Made by a program: the position numbers and the translations under genes. Under the pieces are notes generated by a model that was not told where the DNA came from, made no database searches, and saw only the letters and a program-made list of their open reading frames with translations. Positions 18,191 to 29,782 of a DNA stretch of 64,000 nucleotides are shown here, piece by piece (the stretch's first letter is position 1; every line of letters begins with the position of its first letter). Source of the stretch: an uncultured Acidobacteriota bacterium (GTDB lineage Bacteria; Acidobacteriota; Blastocatellia; RBC074); assembly GCA_963796275.1 (NCBI GenBank), contig CAWCKY010000003.1, positions 384,001 to 448,000 on the forward strand, read 5' to 3'.

Positions 18191-18467
18191 GCGCCAAGCT
18201 GATAAACTTAAAGATAATCAATCATCGGGGATTTCTACAAACAAAAATATCGCGTCGGCTTAACTTTTGACGAGCTTTGCTGGGAAACCTCTAACCGCTG
18301 AAGTCCCCTCAACACGTTGTTAACAAACTAATTCATAATCGGCGCGACCACGTGGGTTGCGTTGGAGCATTCAGCACCCTTCCACGAATGCCCCGGCAAT
18401 AAATCCGGAGTATTGGGAGGATTCTCTATCTACACGTCACCCAAGCGTGTAGTAATCAGGAGCCCAG

Positions 18468-21400
18468 ATGAAAAAAATGCAGCACTCCCTTGCAGGACTC
18501 CCAACCAGGTTTCTCCTACTTATCACAATATTTCTCCTCTCCTGCATTGCAGGATATGCGCAAGAGACGCGCAGTGCGGTTCTCGGAACAGTCAGAGATG
18601 CGTCCGGCGCAGTTATCGCCGGCGCTTTCATCGAGATCACCAACGTCGATACCAACACTACGACCAGAATCACGTCCAACGAGAGCGGCTACTTTGAAGC
18701 GCCCTATTTGTTGCCGGCGACATACAACATTATTGTCAGCGCGACGGGGTTCAAGAGACATTTACAGCGCGGGCTCGCATTGACGGTTAACAGCCGCGTC
18801 AATGTGGATGTGACGCTCGAGGTCGGGGAAACGAGCGACTCGGTAGAAGTGATGGCTACCGCACCCCTGCTCGAAACGACGACCGGCAGCGGCACATCTT
18901 CGCTCGAAAAGCGGCAGATCACCGACCTGCCCGCGATGAGCAACAGCGCGATCCTGTTGGCCCGCGGCATGCCCGGCATGCAATGGACGGCGCAGCCCAA
19001 CTATCTGGGCATGCACTCGAATGCGGGCGGTTCGTCGGTCAGCGCAGTAGGCGGCGTCGGCGGCAACGAATTTTCCCTCGACGGTGTGCCCAACTCGGCC
19101 TCTGGAAGGCGGGCGGGTTATCTGCCTTACACCGACACGATCGCAGAATTCAAAGTCGAGACTGCGCCCTTTGACGCCAGCAAAGGCCATACGACCAGCG
19201 CGACGATCTCGATGTCGACCAAGAGCGGCACTAACGATTATCACGGCGCGCTCACCTGGCAGCACTGGCAGCAGCGCTGGAATGCGACCCAGAGCACTAC
19301 CAATTCCTCTCATTGGTCTCGCATCTGGCAACTCCGGGGTAGTCAGTCCGCCAGCGACAGGGAACTGGCTGAGCAATTGGCATCGGGAAGCGCGCAGCCT
19401 CCCGGGCGCTCGAACAACTGGGCTGGTTCGGTCGGAGGGCCGGTGCGTATACCCAAGCTTTACAATGGCAAGGACAAGCTATTCTTCTTTTTCGCGTACA
19501 ACGCCGCCAGGGACGTCAAGACGGAAGAGGCGACTGCTATAAACCGCACCGTGCCGAGCGACGCACACCGGCGCGGAGATTTTTCCGACCTGAAGGCGCT
19601 TGACCCGGACCGTTACACGATTTATGACCCTCGCACTGCCAGGTTGGTCAACGGCGTCGTGACGCGTGATCCCTTCCCTAACAACCAGGTGCCGATACTC
19701 AACCCGCTGTACAAGTTTTACGAGGCACTCTACCCGCGCGCCAACAACGTCCCCGGCGTGGTATCGGTAGAGGGCAACAATAATTATCTTGCTTCGGCGA
19801 CTCCGTTCAATTGGGACTACAGTGCGTTCACCAATCGCGTAGACCTCCAGCTCACGCCGAAACAGCGCATGTTCGGCAAGTGGAGCTACAGTAATTTCAA
19901 CCCCGAAAATCGTGGTGATTGGGTATATGAGACCAAGCCCGGGCTTCTGCAGGCTGGCCTGGTGCGCAAGAATATCGGTATCACTTTCGACCACGTCTAC
20001 ACATTCAATTCGACGACGATCTTCAACTGGTCTATTGCCTGGAATCGCTTCATCGAGGGCAACGCCTCCAATGATGTGCAGACCAGTATCCCGCCCAGCG
20101 CCGTAGGGTTGCCAAGCTATATGGATCAGAAGGCCGGGCAGTTCATTCACTTGCCGAATCTGGAATTCGGCGCATATAGCGATTTCGCTCGTGGCTACCC
20201 GGGCTTCGGCCGCTTCAGCGTCGGCACGATCCGCGGCGAGTTGTCTAAATATATAGGCACTCACAGCGTGCGTTTCGGGCTTGATATGCGCGGAAACTGG
20301 CGCGCGACGGACGGTCCGGGGAACAGCTCCGGCGCCTTCTCCTACAATAACTCGTTCACGCGCCAGAGACAGAACACTTCCAACGCCGGCGGGCTGGGCC
20401 TCGAATGGGCCGCCTTTATGCTGGGCCTTCCGAGCGGGGTTTCGATCAGCACCAACGACGACTTATACCTTTGGAACAAGTTTTACTCCGGTTACGTTCA
20501 GGACGATTGGAAGGTGAGCCGCAAACTCACCCTCAATCTCGGCCTGCGTTATGAATTCGAAGGCGCCTTCCGCGAGCGGTTCAATCGCGGCCTGATGGAA
20601 TTCGACCTGGAGTCTCCCTTACCGATCACTCAGTTGGCGCAAGCAGCCTATGCGGCGTTGCCGACCCCCAATAACATCCCGCTGCCTCCGGCGAGCGAGT
20701 TCATCGTCAAGGGCGGCTCGCAATACCTGGGTCATAACGGCCAACCCGAGTCGATAAACCAGGGTCAGCCGGGTTGGATGCCGCGCCTCGGCTTCGCCTA
20801 TCAGATCAACGACAACACGGTGCTGCGCGGCGGTTGGGGAATGTTTTATGATACGAACAACGTGACGAATGACGGTTTGAACCAGGGACAGTTCAACCGT
20901 GGGACGGGGACAGTGATCACGACCGACAATGGATTGTCGTTCAACAACACCAACTGGGATTCAGCTGAGTGCGATGCGGATATCTTCAATTGCCGAACAA
21001 TCCTCTCCGATCCTTTCCCGGTGCGTAACAACATCGACGGGACGCGTTTCGATACGCCGACCGGCAGTGCGCTCGGCTTGATGTCGTTGCAGGGGCGCGG
21101 CTTCACTTACCTGCCTCGTGACTGGAAGCGTGCGCGGCAACATCGCTTCCGCATCGGATTGCAGCGTCAGATCGGCAGCACTTTCGCGCTTGAAGTGGCT
21201 TATCTCGGCTCACGCACCGATCAGCTTTCGGTAGGACAACGCCTGGACCCGCTGCCTGAGGGCATTTTTGCGAAAGGGTTGATCCGCAATCCCCGGCTCG
21301 CCAGTGACCTGAACGGGACTGTCACGAATCCGTTCTTCATTGAGAATTTTGTGTCGCTCGCGACAACGCATCCGTTGATTTATCAGGATATGCAAAAGAA

Positions 21401-22325
21401 CGGGTTCTTCACTAACCGGAACATAGGCAAGTCGCAACTGTTCCGGGCTTACCCCAACATGAACGGCCTGACGAATGGGCGCGTGCCCGACGGCGAACAG
21501 GTCTACGACCATCTGGAGGTCAGCGTCACCAAGCGATTCTCGCGGGGCTTCAGCTTCCAGGCTGCGTATCTCTGGTCATCGAACCTCCAGCGCACTACGC
21601 GTGAGAACGAATTTGACGACGATCTGGTCTGGCAGCCGAGCAACAACTCCGTGCCGCATAGCCTGAGCGTCAATTTCATCTACGAGTTCCCCTTCGGTAA
21701 AGGCAGGAAGTTTCTGTCCAACAACAAATGGTTGAATGCTTTCGTGGGCGGCTGGCAGATCGGCGGCATCTACACTAAGCAGAGCGGCCGCATCTACGGA
21801 CTGGGGAACTGGTTCTATTATGGCGACGACCTGCGCGCCATTGCCAAAGATACGAAGGACCAGACGGTGGAATCGTGGTTCAACTGGGAGCTCTTTCCCG
21901 GCGCATCGCGCGATTTCAGCTCGTCCAACCGGGAACCATATGAAGCGCGGATCCGACAGCTTATTCCGGAATCGATCATCCAGCAAATGGGTAATATTTG
22001 CGGGGGGAGTCAAAACCAGCGCTGCACATATGACAATGTAACTCCGACCAACTTCCGGCCGGATTCGTTCCACGTCCGCGTCTTCCCGAACTCGCTCAAC
22101 TGGTTGCGCGGCCATGGCAAGAACCAGATCGACGCCAACTTTTTGCGCCGATTCCGGGTAACTGAGACCAAGGACTTCGAATTCCGGCTCGATTTGATCA
22201 ACGCGTTCAACCATGTGCTCTGGGACAACCCGAATACCGATATCGCCGCCTCTAATTTCGGGCGCGTCACCACGCAGTGGAATACACCGCGTTTCATCCA
22301 ATTTCAATTGCGGTTTCTCTTTTAA
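18468..22325 (+). CDS. TonB-dependent receptor (Oar-like, N-terminal carboxypeptidase-regulatory-like domain)
   Basis: GTVRDASGAVIAGA, YVQDDWKVSRKLTLNLGLRYE, PRLGFAY, C-terminal QFQLRFLF. Confidence 0.95.
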   Translation: MKKMQHSLAGLPTRFLLLITIFLLSCIAGYAQETRSAVLGTVRDASGAVIAGAFIEITNVDTNTTTRITSNESGYFEAPYLLPATYNIIVSATGFKRHLQRGLALTVNSRVNVDVTLEVGETSDSVEVMATAPLLETTTGSGTSSLEKRQITDLPAMSNSAILLARGMPGMQWTAQPNYLGMHSNAGGSSVSAVGGVGGNEFSLDGVPNSASGRRAGYLPYTDTIAEFKVETAPFDASKGHTTSATISMSTKSGTNDYHGALTWQHWQQRWNATQSTTNSSHWSRIWQLRGSQSASDRELAEQLASGSAQPPGRSNNWAGSVGGPVRIPKLYNGKDKLFFFFAYNAARDVKTEEATAINRTVPSDAHRRGDFSDLKALDPDRYTIYDPRTARLVNGVVTRDPFPNNQVPILNPLYKFYEALYPRANNVPGVVSVEGNNNYLASATPFNWDYSAFTNRVDLQLTPKQRMFGKWSYSNFNPENRGDWVYETKPGLLQAGLVRKNIGITFDHVYTFNSTTIFNWSIAWNRFIEGNASNDVQTSIPPSAVGLPSYMDQKAGQFIHLPNLEFGAYSDFARGYPGFGRFSVGTIRGELSKYIGTHSVRFGLDMRGNWRATDGPGNSSGAFSYNNSFTRQRQNTSNAGGLGLEWAAFMLGLPSGVSISTNDDLYLWNKFYSGYVQDDWKVSRKLTLNLGLRYEFEGAFRERFNRGLMEFDLESPLPITQLAQAAYAALPTPNNIPLPPASEFIVKGGSQYLGHNGQPESINQGQPGWMPRLGFAYQINDNTVLRGGWGMFYDTNNVTNDGLNQGQFNRGTGTVITTDNGLSFNNTNWDSAECDADIFNCRTILSDPFPVRNNIDGTRFDTPTGSALGLMSLQGRGFTYLPRDWKRARQHRFRIGLQRQIGSTFALEVAYLGSRTDQLSVGQRLDPLPEGIFAKGLIRNPRLASDLNGTVTNPFFIENFVSLATTHPLIYQDMQKNGFFTNRNIGKSQLFRAYPNMNGLTNGRVPDGEQVYDHLEVSVTKRFSRGFSFQAAYLWSSNLQRTTRENEFDDDLVWQPSNNSVPHSLSVNFIYEFPFGKGRKFLSNNKWLNAFVGGWQIGGIYTKQSGRIYGLGNWFYYGDDLRAIAKDTKDQTVESWFNWELFPGASRDFSSSNREPYEARIRQLIPESIIQQMGNICGGSQNQRCTYDNVTPTNFRPDSFHVRVFPNSLNWLRGHGKNQIDANFLRRFRVTETKDFEFRLDLINAFNHVLWDNPNTDIAASNFGRVTTQWNTPRFIQFQLRFLF

Positions 22326-22353
22326 GAGATTGTGAAAAGCTCTTTCACAACTC
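22326..22353 (+). terminator. Hairpin after the first TBDT (terminator or stabiliser)
   Basis: GAGATTGTGAAA-AGCTC-TTTCACAACTC; lacks a U-tract. Confidence 0.4.
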
Positions 22354-22487
22354 AAACGCTGAGCGGAGAGATGCTGATTCACCATAAAACTCACATTAGT
22401 AGATCAAAAGATACAAAAATGGCTTTTGATCTCTTTTGTGTTTTTTGTGGTGAATCTTCTTTCTAAAAATATAAAAGTAGGGTGATT

Positions 22488-25400
22488 ATGAATTTTCAAC
22501 AGGACTTTAACCAGATCATGCGCATCCTCGGATATGCCGGCGAGCGTCTGGCAATTATGCTGCTGGCATTACTGGTTGCGACCTCGTACGCGCAAGCCCA
22601 GGCTGTTAAGGGCTCGCTGCTCGGCACTATCACCGACACGACCGGAGCCGCGGTGGCCAATTCAACCATAACAATTACCGAGACGCGTACCAACATAGTC
22701 ATCACGACCACCACAAATGCGAGCGGTAATTATGTGTTCTCGAACCTGCAGGACGGCGTCTACCGCGTGGAGGCCAGCCTATCGGGCTTTAAGAGAGTCG
22801 TCCGCGAGGATGTTGAGGTAAAAGTCAATACGACCATTCGCGTCGACCTGACGATGGAAGTCGGCAACGTTTCCGAATCCGTTCAGGTAACGGGCGAAGC
22901 GCCGCTTCTGCAAACCGACCGCGCTGATACGGGGCGCCTGATCGAAAGCAAGCAGGTCTCACAGCTTCCTCTCGGGTTCAGCCGGAACTTTCAGGGGCTG
23001 CTGGTCACGGTGCCGGGTGCGACGCGGCCGTCTCGTCCGCACTCGGAGTTCTTCAACCCTCAGGACAGCCTCGAATCTAAGGTCAACGGCCAGTCGCGTA
23101 TGTCCAATAACTTCCAGATCGAGGGCGTGAACAATAATCACAAGACCGGCTTGTTGACTGTGCTGATACCCGCCGCCGATGCGATCGAGAGCGTCAGCAT
23201 CTCGACCAGCAACTTCGACGCGGAGCTGGGAGCCGCGGGCGGGGCTGTCTCTTCGGTCACGCTCAAATCGGGAACGAACGACATCCACGGGAGCGCCTGG
23301 TTCTTCGGCAATAACGAGAACACGCGCGCAAGCGAATATTTTTCACACAATAGGGCGCCGACCCGTTATCGCCAGCTCGGCGTCGCGGTCGGCGGTCCCA
23401 TCCTGAAGAATAAACTTTTCTATTTCGGCGATTACCAGTACACCAGCGATAAGCTGGGCAAGGTCAACCGGCACATCATCCCGATAATGGACTGGCGGAA
23501 CGGCGACTTTCGCAATGCGGTCGATGCACAGGGACTACCGGTGAATATCTATGATCCAGCCACGGGTAATGCAGATGGGACGGGGCGAGCGCAGATCAGT
23601 TGCGAAGGCGTGCTGAACGTCATCTGCCCGGGCCGCATCAGCCAGATCGCCAGGAATATTATGGCCTTCATCCCTGAGCCCAACATCGCCGGGGTGAGGC
23701 AGGGAAGTGAAAATTTCGTCGTCAACACCGTGCGCGAACGTGTGACGCATTCGTTCGACACTAAGTTGAATTATCAACTTAGTGAAAAGAACCAGTTCGC
23801 CGTGCGCTTCAGCTTCCAACGACCTGAGCTCTTCGATCCCGGCAGCTACGGTATTTACGGCGGACCTGCTAACGACGGCTTCGCCGGCAGCGGCTTCCAG
23901 AACGTTATCAGTTCGGCGGTCAACTATACGCGCACATTCAATCCGCATCTGATCCTCGAGGCGCGCGTCGGAGTGAGCTGGTACGAGAACAAGGCGATCA
24001 CGCAGGCGACGGGATTGAAGACCTCAGATGAGGTTGGGATTACCGGCGTCAATGTAAACGATACGGCGGATGGGTTGACGCGCATCCAGATCAATGGATT
24101 CACCAACCCGGTGGCTGGGTTCTCGCCCAGTCTCCCATGGGATCGCGGCGAAACGACAACGAACTTCACCGGTACGGTCACCCGTTTGTGGGGCAACCAC
24201 ACTTTCAAGGTGGGGGGCGAATTTCGCAGGAATCGCGACTTCCTGCTACAAGTGCAGGACCAGGGAGGCACGCGCGGGCGTTACATCTTCGGCGGAGCAC
24301 AGACGGGGTTGCCTACCGATGCCGCCTCGCAAAACAGCACTGCCAATGCTTTTGCGTCTTTCCTGCTTGACTTGCCCAACAGCGTGGGGCGCGACCTGAC
24401 GGTAATCGATGAGCCGGGAACGCGGAACTGGGCGCTCTTCAGCTTCATCCACGACAAGTGGCAGGTCTCGCAGAAACTAACGCTCGACCTGGGACTCCGC
24501 TACGAATATTACAATCCGCACACCGGTATAGTTAACCAGGGCGGGTTGTCCAACTATGACATCGATAACAATACGCTGCGCGTCTCGGGTTATGGCGATG
24601 TGTCTCAGGATGTCGGTGTGAGGAGCTATTTCTGGAACTTCGCGCCGCGCCTCGGCCTGGCTTATCGATTTAATGACAGGACGGTGGTGCGTGCCGGATT
24701 CGGTAGCAGCATCATTCCTTTTCCGGACAATCGTTATGCGTTCAACTTCCCCGTCAAACAGAACAACCAGTTCAATCCGGCCAACACCTTCGCGGCGGCT
24801 GGATCAATGGCTGCCGGCCTGCCGCCGCCGCAGGTCTTCAATGTCCCCCAGAGCGGGATCATAACGGCAAATACAACGATATTGCTCAATCAAGGATTCT
24901 TCTACGTGCCGTCTAACCTGAAGGAGGCGAGGATACATTCCTGGAACGCGGCTTTCCAGCGCGAATTATTCTGGGGCTTTTCGGGTGAGGTTGCTTACGT
25001 AGGCAACGTCGGGCGCGGCATAATTGCCGATTTCGATCTGAACGCCGGCATGATTCCGGGGCAGGACAACAACGGGCGCCCGTTCTTTCAGAAATTCGGC
25101 AAGACGGCATCGGTTCGGACGTGGTACCCGACCGACACGAGCTACCATTCGATGCAGGTCAAGATTGACCGGCGTTTCTCCAAAGGTCTGCTGGTCAATG
25201 CGTCTTACACTCTGGGGCGCGCCATCGATTTCTCGGATGATAATGGAGGCTTCGCCACGCCTGCAGGATCCGAGCTTGAGCGAGGGCCCCGCCGGCTTCG
25301 ACCGCAGGCATAGCTTTGTGACGAGTTTCGTCTGGGATGTGCCGTTTGCGCGTAACCTGAATCGGTTGGGCAGAGGGCTATTCGGCGGCTGGCAACTGTC

Positions 25401-25827
25401 CGGCATATTCACAACGCAATCGGGGACGCCGATCGACATTTTTGCCAGCGGCGCGAGCCTGCGGGCGCCTGGAAACACGCAGCGCCCGGTTCTCAATGGC
25501 GAGCCGGATATCATCGGCGCGATCGGTCAGGGCTCGTTCTTTTTCGACACATCGGCCTTCGGGCCGCCGCCGATCAACGCGTTCAGCAGCCTGACCCGTA
25601 ACGGTTCGATCAGAGGGCCGCGTTACATAAACCTGGACAGCTCGCTGGTCAAGCGCTTCCGCTTCACCGAGCGGATAGGGGGCGAGTTTCGCATAGATGC
25701 GCTGAACGTCACCAACACCCCGAACTTCAATAACCCGAACGGTGAGTTTGGGAACAGATTGTTCGGGCAGGTCACGACTGCGTTCGGCGAGCGACTGGTG
25801 CGCTTGGGAGCGCGGGTGACGTTTTAA
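22488..25827 (+). pseudogene. TonB-dependent receptor (Oar-like) with one +1 frameshift at ~25266-25290; likely artefact
   Basis: N-terminal ORF 22482-25313 plus C-terminal ORF ending RLGARVTF; removing one base joins them (…GFATPA / GPAGFDRRHSF). Confidence 0.85.
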
Positions 25828-25847
25828 ATATTAGTTGCATAGCCCGG

Positions 25848-26083
25848 CACCGAAACCGCGGCGGAAATCAGACGGTGGTGAAGCGTAACGGAACCACCGG
25901 AACCACCGTTCGTTATTGCCTTTGCGCCCCAGCAGGTGCGCCGGACCATATACGATGAAGAGAAGATTTCGCACTTCAGAACCACATCCAGCACCCCTGC
26001 CGGGGTGCGATGTGAAGGCGCACAGTTACCGGTGGCTCCGCTACGCTCCACCACCGGCTAATATCCACCGCCCTTTCAGGGCG
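25848..26083. repeat. REP/BIME-like composite palindrome
   Basis: Outer arms CGGTGGTGAAGCGTAACGGAACCACCGG / CCGGTGGCTCCGCTACGCTCCACCACCG; inner arms GCGCCCCAGCAGGTGCGCCGGA / TCCAGCACCCCTGCCGGGGTGCG. Confidence 0.75.
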
Positions 26084-26344
26084 AAGAGCAATGATCGCAA
26101 TTCACACCGTCGCTACGCGACGAAGAAAATGCATTCTTCGATCAAATATCAGGGTAGCGACAGGCTTGTAGCGTAGTGGAAACCCATTCAGGGTAATGTG
26201 CATTTACTTTCAAAGACCATCATCGAACTAGATAGACAGTTACTTGATTACGGAGAAGTCGTTCAGTCCCTCGGTGACGACGCTCTGAAATACCGACAAT
26301 AACTGGGGCGCAGGCGCTCCCCTTAGATGTATAGGAGGATAATT

Positions 26345-29300
26345 ATGGATACTAAATTCAGCTGCAACACACTGAAACGCCTCCTGATCTACACATCATT
26401 ATTACTATTTGTAGTAATGATTCCTCAATTAAATCAGGCTCAGGTGCTCTATGGCTCGATCGTCGGCAATGTGACCGACACCAACGGCGCAGCGGTTGCC
26501 GGGGCAACAATCAATATCACACACAAAGAGACTGGCCAGGCGCGCCAGGCTGTCACTGACGCCAGCGGCAGTTACGATTTTCCAACGGTGCTTGCCGGAA
26601 CATACACGGTCAAGGTCGGTAAATCCGGTTTTAAGACAATGACCAGGGAGACCATTGCGGTCACGCTCAACAACGTTACGCGAGCAGACATCTGGTTGGA
26701 GGTAGGGGAAGTAACTGAGAATATTGTTATCACCGCTGAATCGGCACAGCTCAAGACCGACCGCGCTGAAGTGAGCTCGGAATTGACGAGCCGGCCGCTG
26801 CGCGATCTTCCGGTCCCGTTGGGACGCAACTATCAGAATCTCTTCAAGACTTTGCCCGGCATGACGCCGCCCGAAAACGCGCACTCGATCCCCTCTAACC
26901 CATCACGCTCGCTCGTCTTCAATGTCAACGGGGCGAGCCGTTCATCGAACAACACTCGCATTGACGGCGCAAGCGCCACCAACGTATGGCTGCCACACGT
27001 CACCGCTTACGTGCCTGCGCTCGAATCGATCGAGACGGTCAATGTCGTAACCAACAGCTTCGACGCCGAGCAAGGGCTCGCCGGCGGCGCGGCGATCAAC
27101 GTGCAGATCAAGAGTGGTACGAACAATTTCCATGGCTCCGGGTTCGAGTTTCACAATAACCAGCACCTGAACGCGCGCAACTTCTTCCTGCCACTCAACC
27201 CTGATCGCACGCTCCGCAACAAGGGCAAGGTTGTCTATAATCAGTTTGGCGGCACTTTCGGAGGCCCGATCATCAAGGATAAGCTCTTTTTCTTCACGAG
27301 CTACGAAGATACGCGAGATCGCCGCAATGCCGAGCGTTCCAATCTGAACGTTCCCTCGACGGCAATCAGGAACGGCGATTTCAGGAACACGGGCGTGACC
27401 ATCTATGACCCATTCGACGCTAGTGGTAACCTGATCGCAAATCCTGTGAATCGCCAGGTCGTCACGTGCAACGGCGTACAGAATGTGATCTGCCCGGATC
27501 GCATCAATCAGGTTACCCAAAAGCTCATCCCTCTAATTCCGATGTCGAACCAGCTGGGTGCCGATCCCGAAATCAATAACTATTTCGCTTCGGCGCCGTT
27601 CATCTTCGACCGCTGGACCCTCGATACGAAGGTCAACTATAACGTCACGTCAAAGTTCAATATGTTCGGGCGCTTCAGCGTGCTCGACTTCTACACATTC
27701 AACCAGCCAACCTGGGGCAACGCGCTTCAAGGTTTCCCGATTGCGGGCGGTAATCCCGGCACCGGCAGCGGCAATACCTTTGTCTTCTCTTCCGGCGGAG
27801 TCTACACCCTGACGTCAAATTTCATAATTGACGGCTATTTCGGATTCGTACGGATGAATTCGAACGCTGTGCAGCCCGACATAGACAGGTCAACCAGCGA
27901 GATCCTGGGTATAGATATACCGGGGATGAACGGCCCCAACTCCTATGAAGGCGGCCTAGGTCGATTCAGTGTCGACGGGTACGAAACTTACGGCCAGACT
28001 GAGAACTACATGCCGTACTTCCGCAGCGACGATCAGTACCAATATGTCGCCAACGCCAACTGGATACGCCGCTCGCACAACATCCGCTTCGGGATGGACT
28101 TCTACGTGCAAAGCCTGAATCACACACAGCCAGAGGTTACCGGCACGAGCTACGGCGCGCGCGGCGGTTTCACCTTCGGCAATGGCCCGACTCGAATTCC
28201 GAGCGCGTCCGGGACGCGGTTCCATTCCTGGGCGGGTTTTCTACTCGGGCTTCCGACGGAGCTTGGACGGCTGTCCGAAAACGTCGCGCCCTACACTACG
28301 CGCAACAAGGCGCTAAGCTTTTATGTGCGCGATCAGTGGCAGATCAATCCGCGATTGACGTTATCCTACGGCACGCGCTATGAATATTTTCCGATTCCTA
28401 CGCGCAACGACCGCGGGCTCGAGCGCTACAATGTGAACACTAATATGATGGAGATTGGCGGCGTCGGCTCGATCCCGACCAATCTGGGCGTAAAGGTCAG
28501 CACGCGATTGTTCGCCCCGCGTTTAGGCCTGGCCTGGCGACCCAACGAGAAGCTGGTGATCCGCGCCGGGTACGGCATCAGCAACGATCCATATGCGCTG
28601 GCGCGTCCGATGCGCACCAATCACCCGATCCTGACCAATCTGGTTGTGATGTCGGAAAACTTTTTCTGGGCGCGCAGCAGCTCTTCGGGTGCTTTACAGG
28701 CAAATCGCTTTTCGGAGGGTATCCCGCCCGTCCCGGATGTGGGCGTCGGTAATGGGGTCATCGCAATGCCGACCGATGTCTCAGTGGTTACTCTACCCGA
28801 CGAATTCGACCGCGGCTACATTCAGTCGTGGAACCTGTCAGTGCAGCGCGAGCTGAAGATGGGCTTCACGGGCGAGGTCGCCTACGTGGCGACGCGCCAG
28901 ATCGGCCAGCTCGGGTTCGCCGAGCTGAACTGGTCGCCGGTCGGTGGCGGCCAAGCAGGTCGTCTGTTGAACACCGGAGTATTTGGTCGCAGGGCCCAGA
29001 CCCAATTGGTGTCGCCGGTCGGCAACAGTCACTATGACGCCATGCAGATGCGTTTAGAGCGTCGCTTCCGAGATTTCTACCAGTTTGGTTTCAATTACAC
29101 ATGGTCGAAGTCGATCACAACCGCGGGGATTCCCGATAGCGACAATACACTCCGCATAGATATCCCCCAGTACTTCGATCTCAATCGTTCGGTCAGTAAC
29201 TTTGATCGAACCCATAATGTGCAGATCTCCAACATAATTGAGCTACCGTTCGGTAAAGGGCGTAAATGGCTCAGCAACGGCGGTGTGCTGTCGGGGATAG

Positions 29301-29782
29301 TGGGCGGTTGGCAACTGAATAACATCTTCAGCTTCCTGAGCGGCCAACCATTCAGCGTGACGGCTGACGGCGCGTCGCTCAATGCGCCCGAAAGCGACCA
29401 GCGCGCTGATCTTGTTAAGAGTGAGGTGACTAAGCTCGGCGGAGTGGGTCCAGGCAATCCATACTTCGATCCGTCTGCCTTTGCCGACCCGTTGCGACGA
29501 TTAACCGGCCAATTCGGCTTCGGCACGGCAGGCTGGAATCTGTTGCGCGGCCCTGGCATCAGCAGCTGGGACTTCGGTCTATTCCGACAGTTCCCAATTA
29601 CGGAGAGGGTAACGTTGCAATTCCGGGCTGAATCGTTCAACTTTACGAATACGCCGAAGTTCAACAATCCGGGTACCAACAATAATACCAGCGTCTCCAA
29701 CAACGGCTTTATGGAGATCACCGGCACGAGGCTTGACTTCCCGGAACGCCAGTTCCGGTTCGGGCTGAGGGTTAGTTTCTAA
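26345..29782 (+). CDS. TonB-dependent receptor (Oar-like)
   Basis: SD AGGAGG; GNVTDTNGAAVAGA, YVRDQWQINPRLTLSYGTRYE, C-terminal QFRFGLRVSF. Confidence 0.95.
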   Translation: MDTKFSCNTLKRLLIYTSLLLFVVMIPQLNQAQVLYGSIVGNVTDTNGAAVAGATINITHKETGQARQAVTDASGSYDFPTVLAGTYTVKVGKSGFKTMTRETIAVTLNNVTRADIWLEVGEVTENIVITAESAQLKTDRAEVSSELTSRPLRDLPVPLGRNYQNLFKTLPGMTPPENAHSIPSNPSRSLVFNVNGASRSSNNTRIDGASATNVWLPHVTAYVPALESIETVNVVTNSFDAEQGLAGGAAINVQIKSGTNNFHGSGFEFHNNQHLNARNFFLPLNPDRTLRNKGKVVYNQFGGTFGGPIIKDKLFFFTSYEDTRDRRNAERSNLNVPSTAIRNGDFRNTGVTIYDPFDASGNLIANPVNRQVVTCNGVQNVICPDRINQVTQKLIPLIPMSNQLGADPEINNYFASAPFIFDRWTLDTKVNYNVTSKFNMFGRFSVLDFYTFNQPTWGNALQGFPIAGGNPGTGSGNTFVFSSGGVYTLTSNFIIDGYFGFVRMNSNAVQPDIDRSTSEILGIDIPGMNGPNSYEGGLGRFSVDGYETYGQTENYMPYFRSDDQYQYVANANWIRRSHNIRFGMDFYVQSLNHTQPEVTGTSYGARGGFTFGNGPTRIPSASGTRFHSWAGFLLGLPTELGRLSENVAPYTTRNKALSFYVRDQWQINPRLTLSYGTRYEYFPIPTRNDRGLERYNVNTNMMEIGGVGSIPTNLGVKVSTRLFAPRLGLAWRPNEKLVIRAGYGISNDPYALARPMRTNHPILTNLVVMSENFFWARSSSSGALQANRFSEGIPPVPDVGVGNGVIAMPTDVSVVTLPDEFDRGYIQSWNLSVQRELKMGFTGEVAYVATRQIGQLGFAELNWSPVGGGQAGRLLNTGVFGRRAQTQLVSPVGNSHYDAMQMRLERRFRDFYQFGFNYTWSKSITTAGIPDSDNTLRIDIPQYFDLNRSVSNFDRTHNVQISNIIELPFGKGRKWLSNGGVLSGIVGGWQLNNIFSFLSGQPFSVTADGASLNAPESDQRADLVKSEVTKLGGVGPGNPYFDPSAFADPLRRLTGQFGFGTAGWNLLRGPGISSWDFGLFRQFPITERVTLQFRAESFNFTNTPKFNNPGTNNNTSVSNNGFMEITGTRLDFPERQFRFGLRVSF

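Noticed and set aside
26180-26344. Possible riboswitch upstream of TBDT3
   Set aside because: Only one short hairpin (GGGGCGC-AG-GCGCTCCCC); no recognisable aptamer consensus
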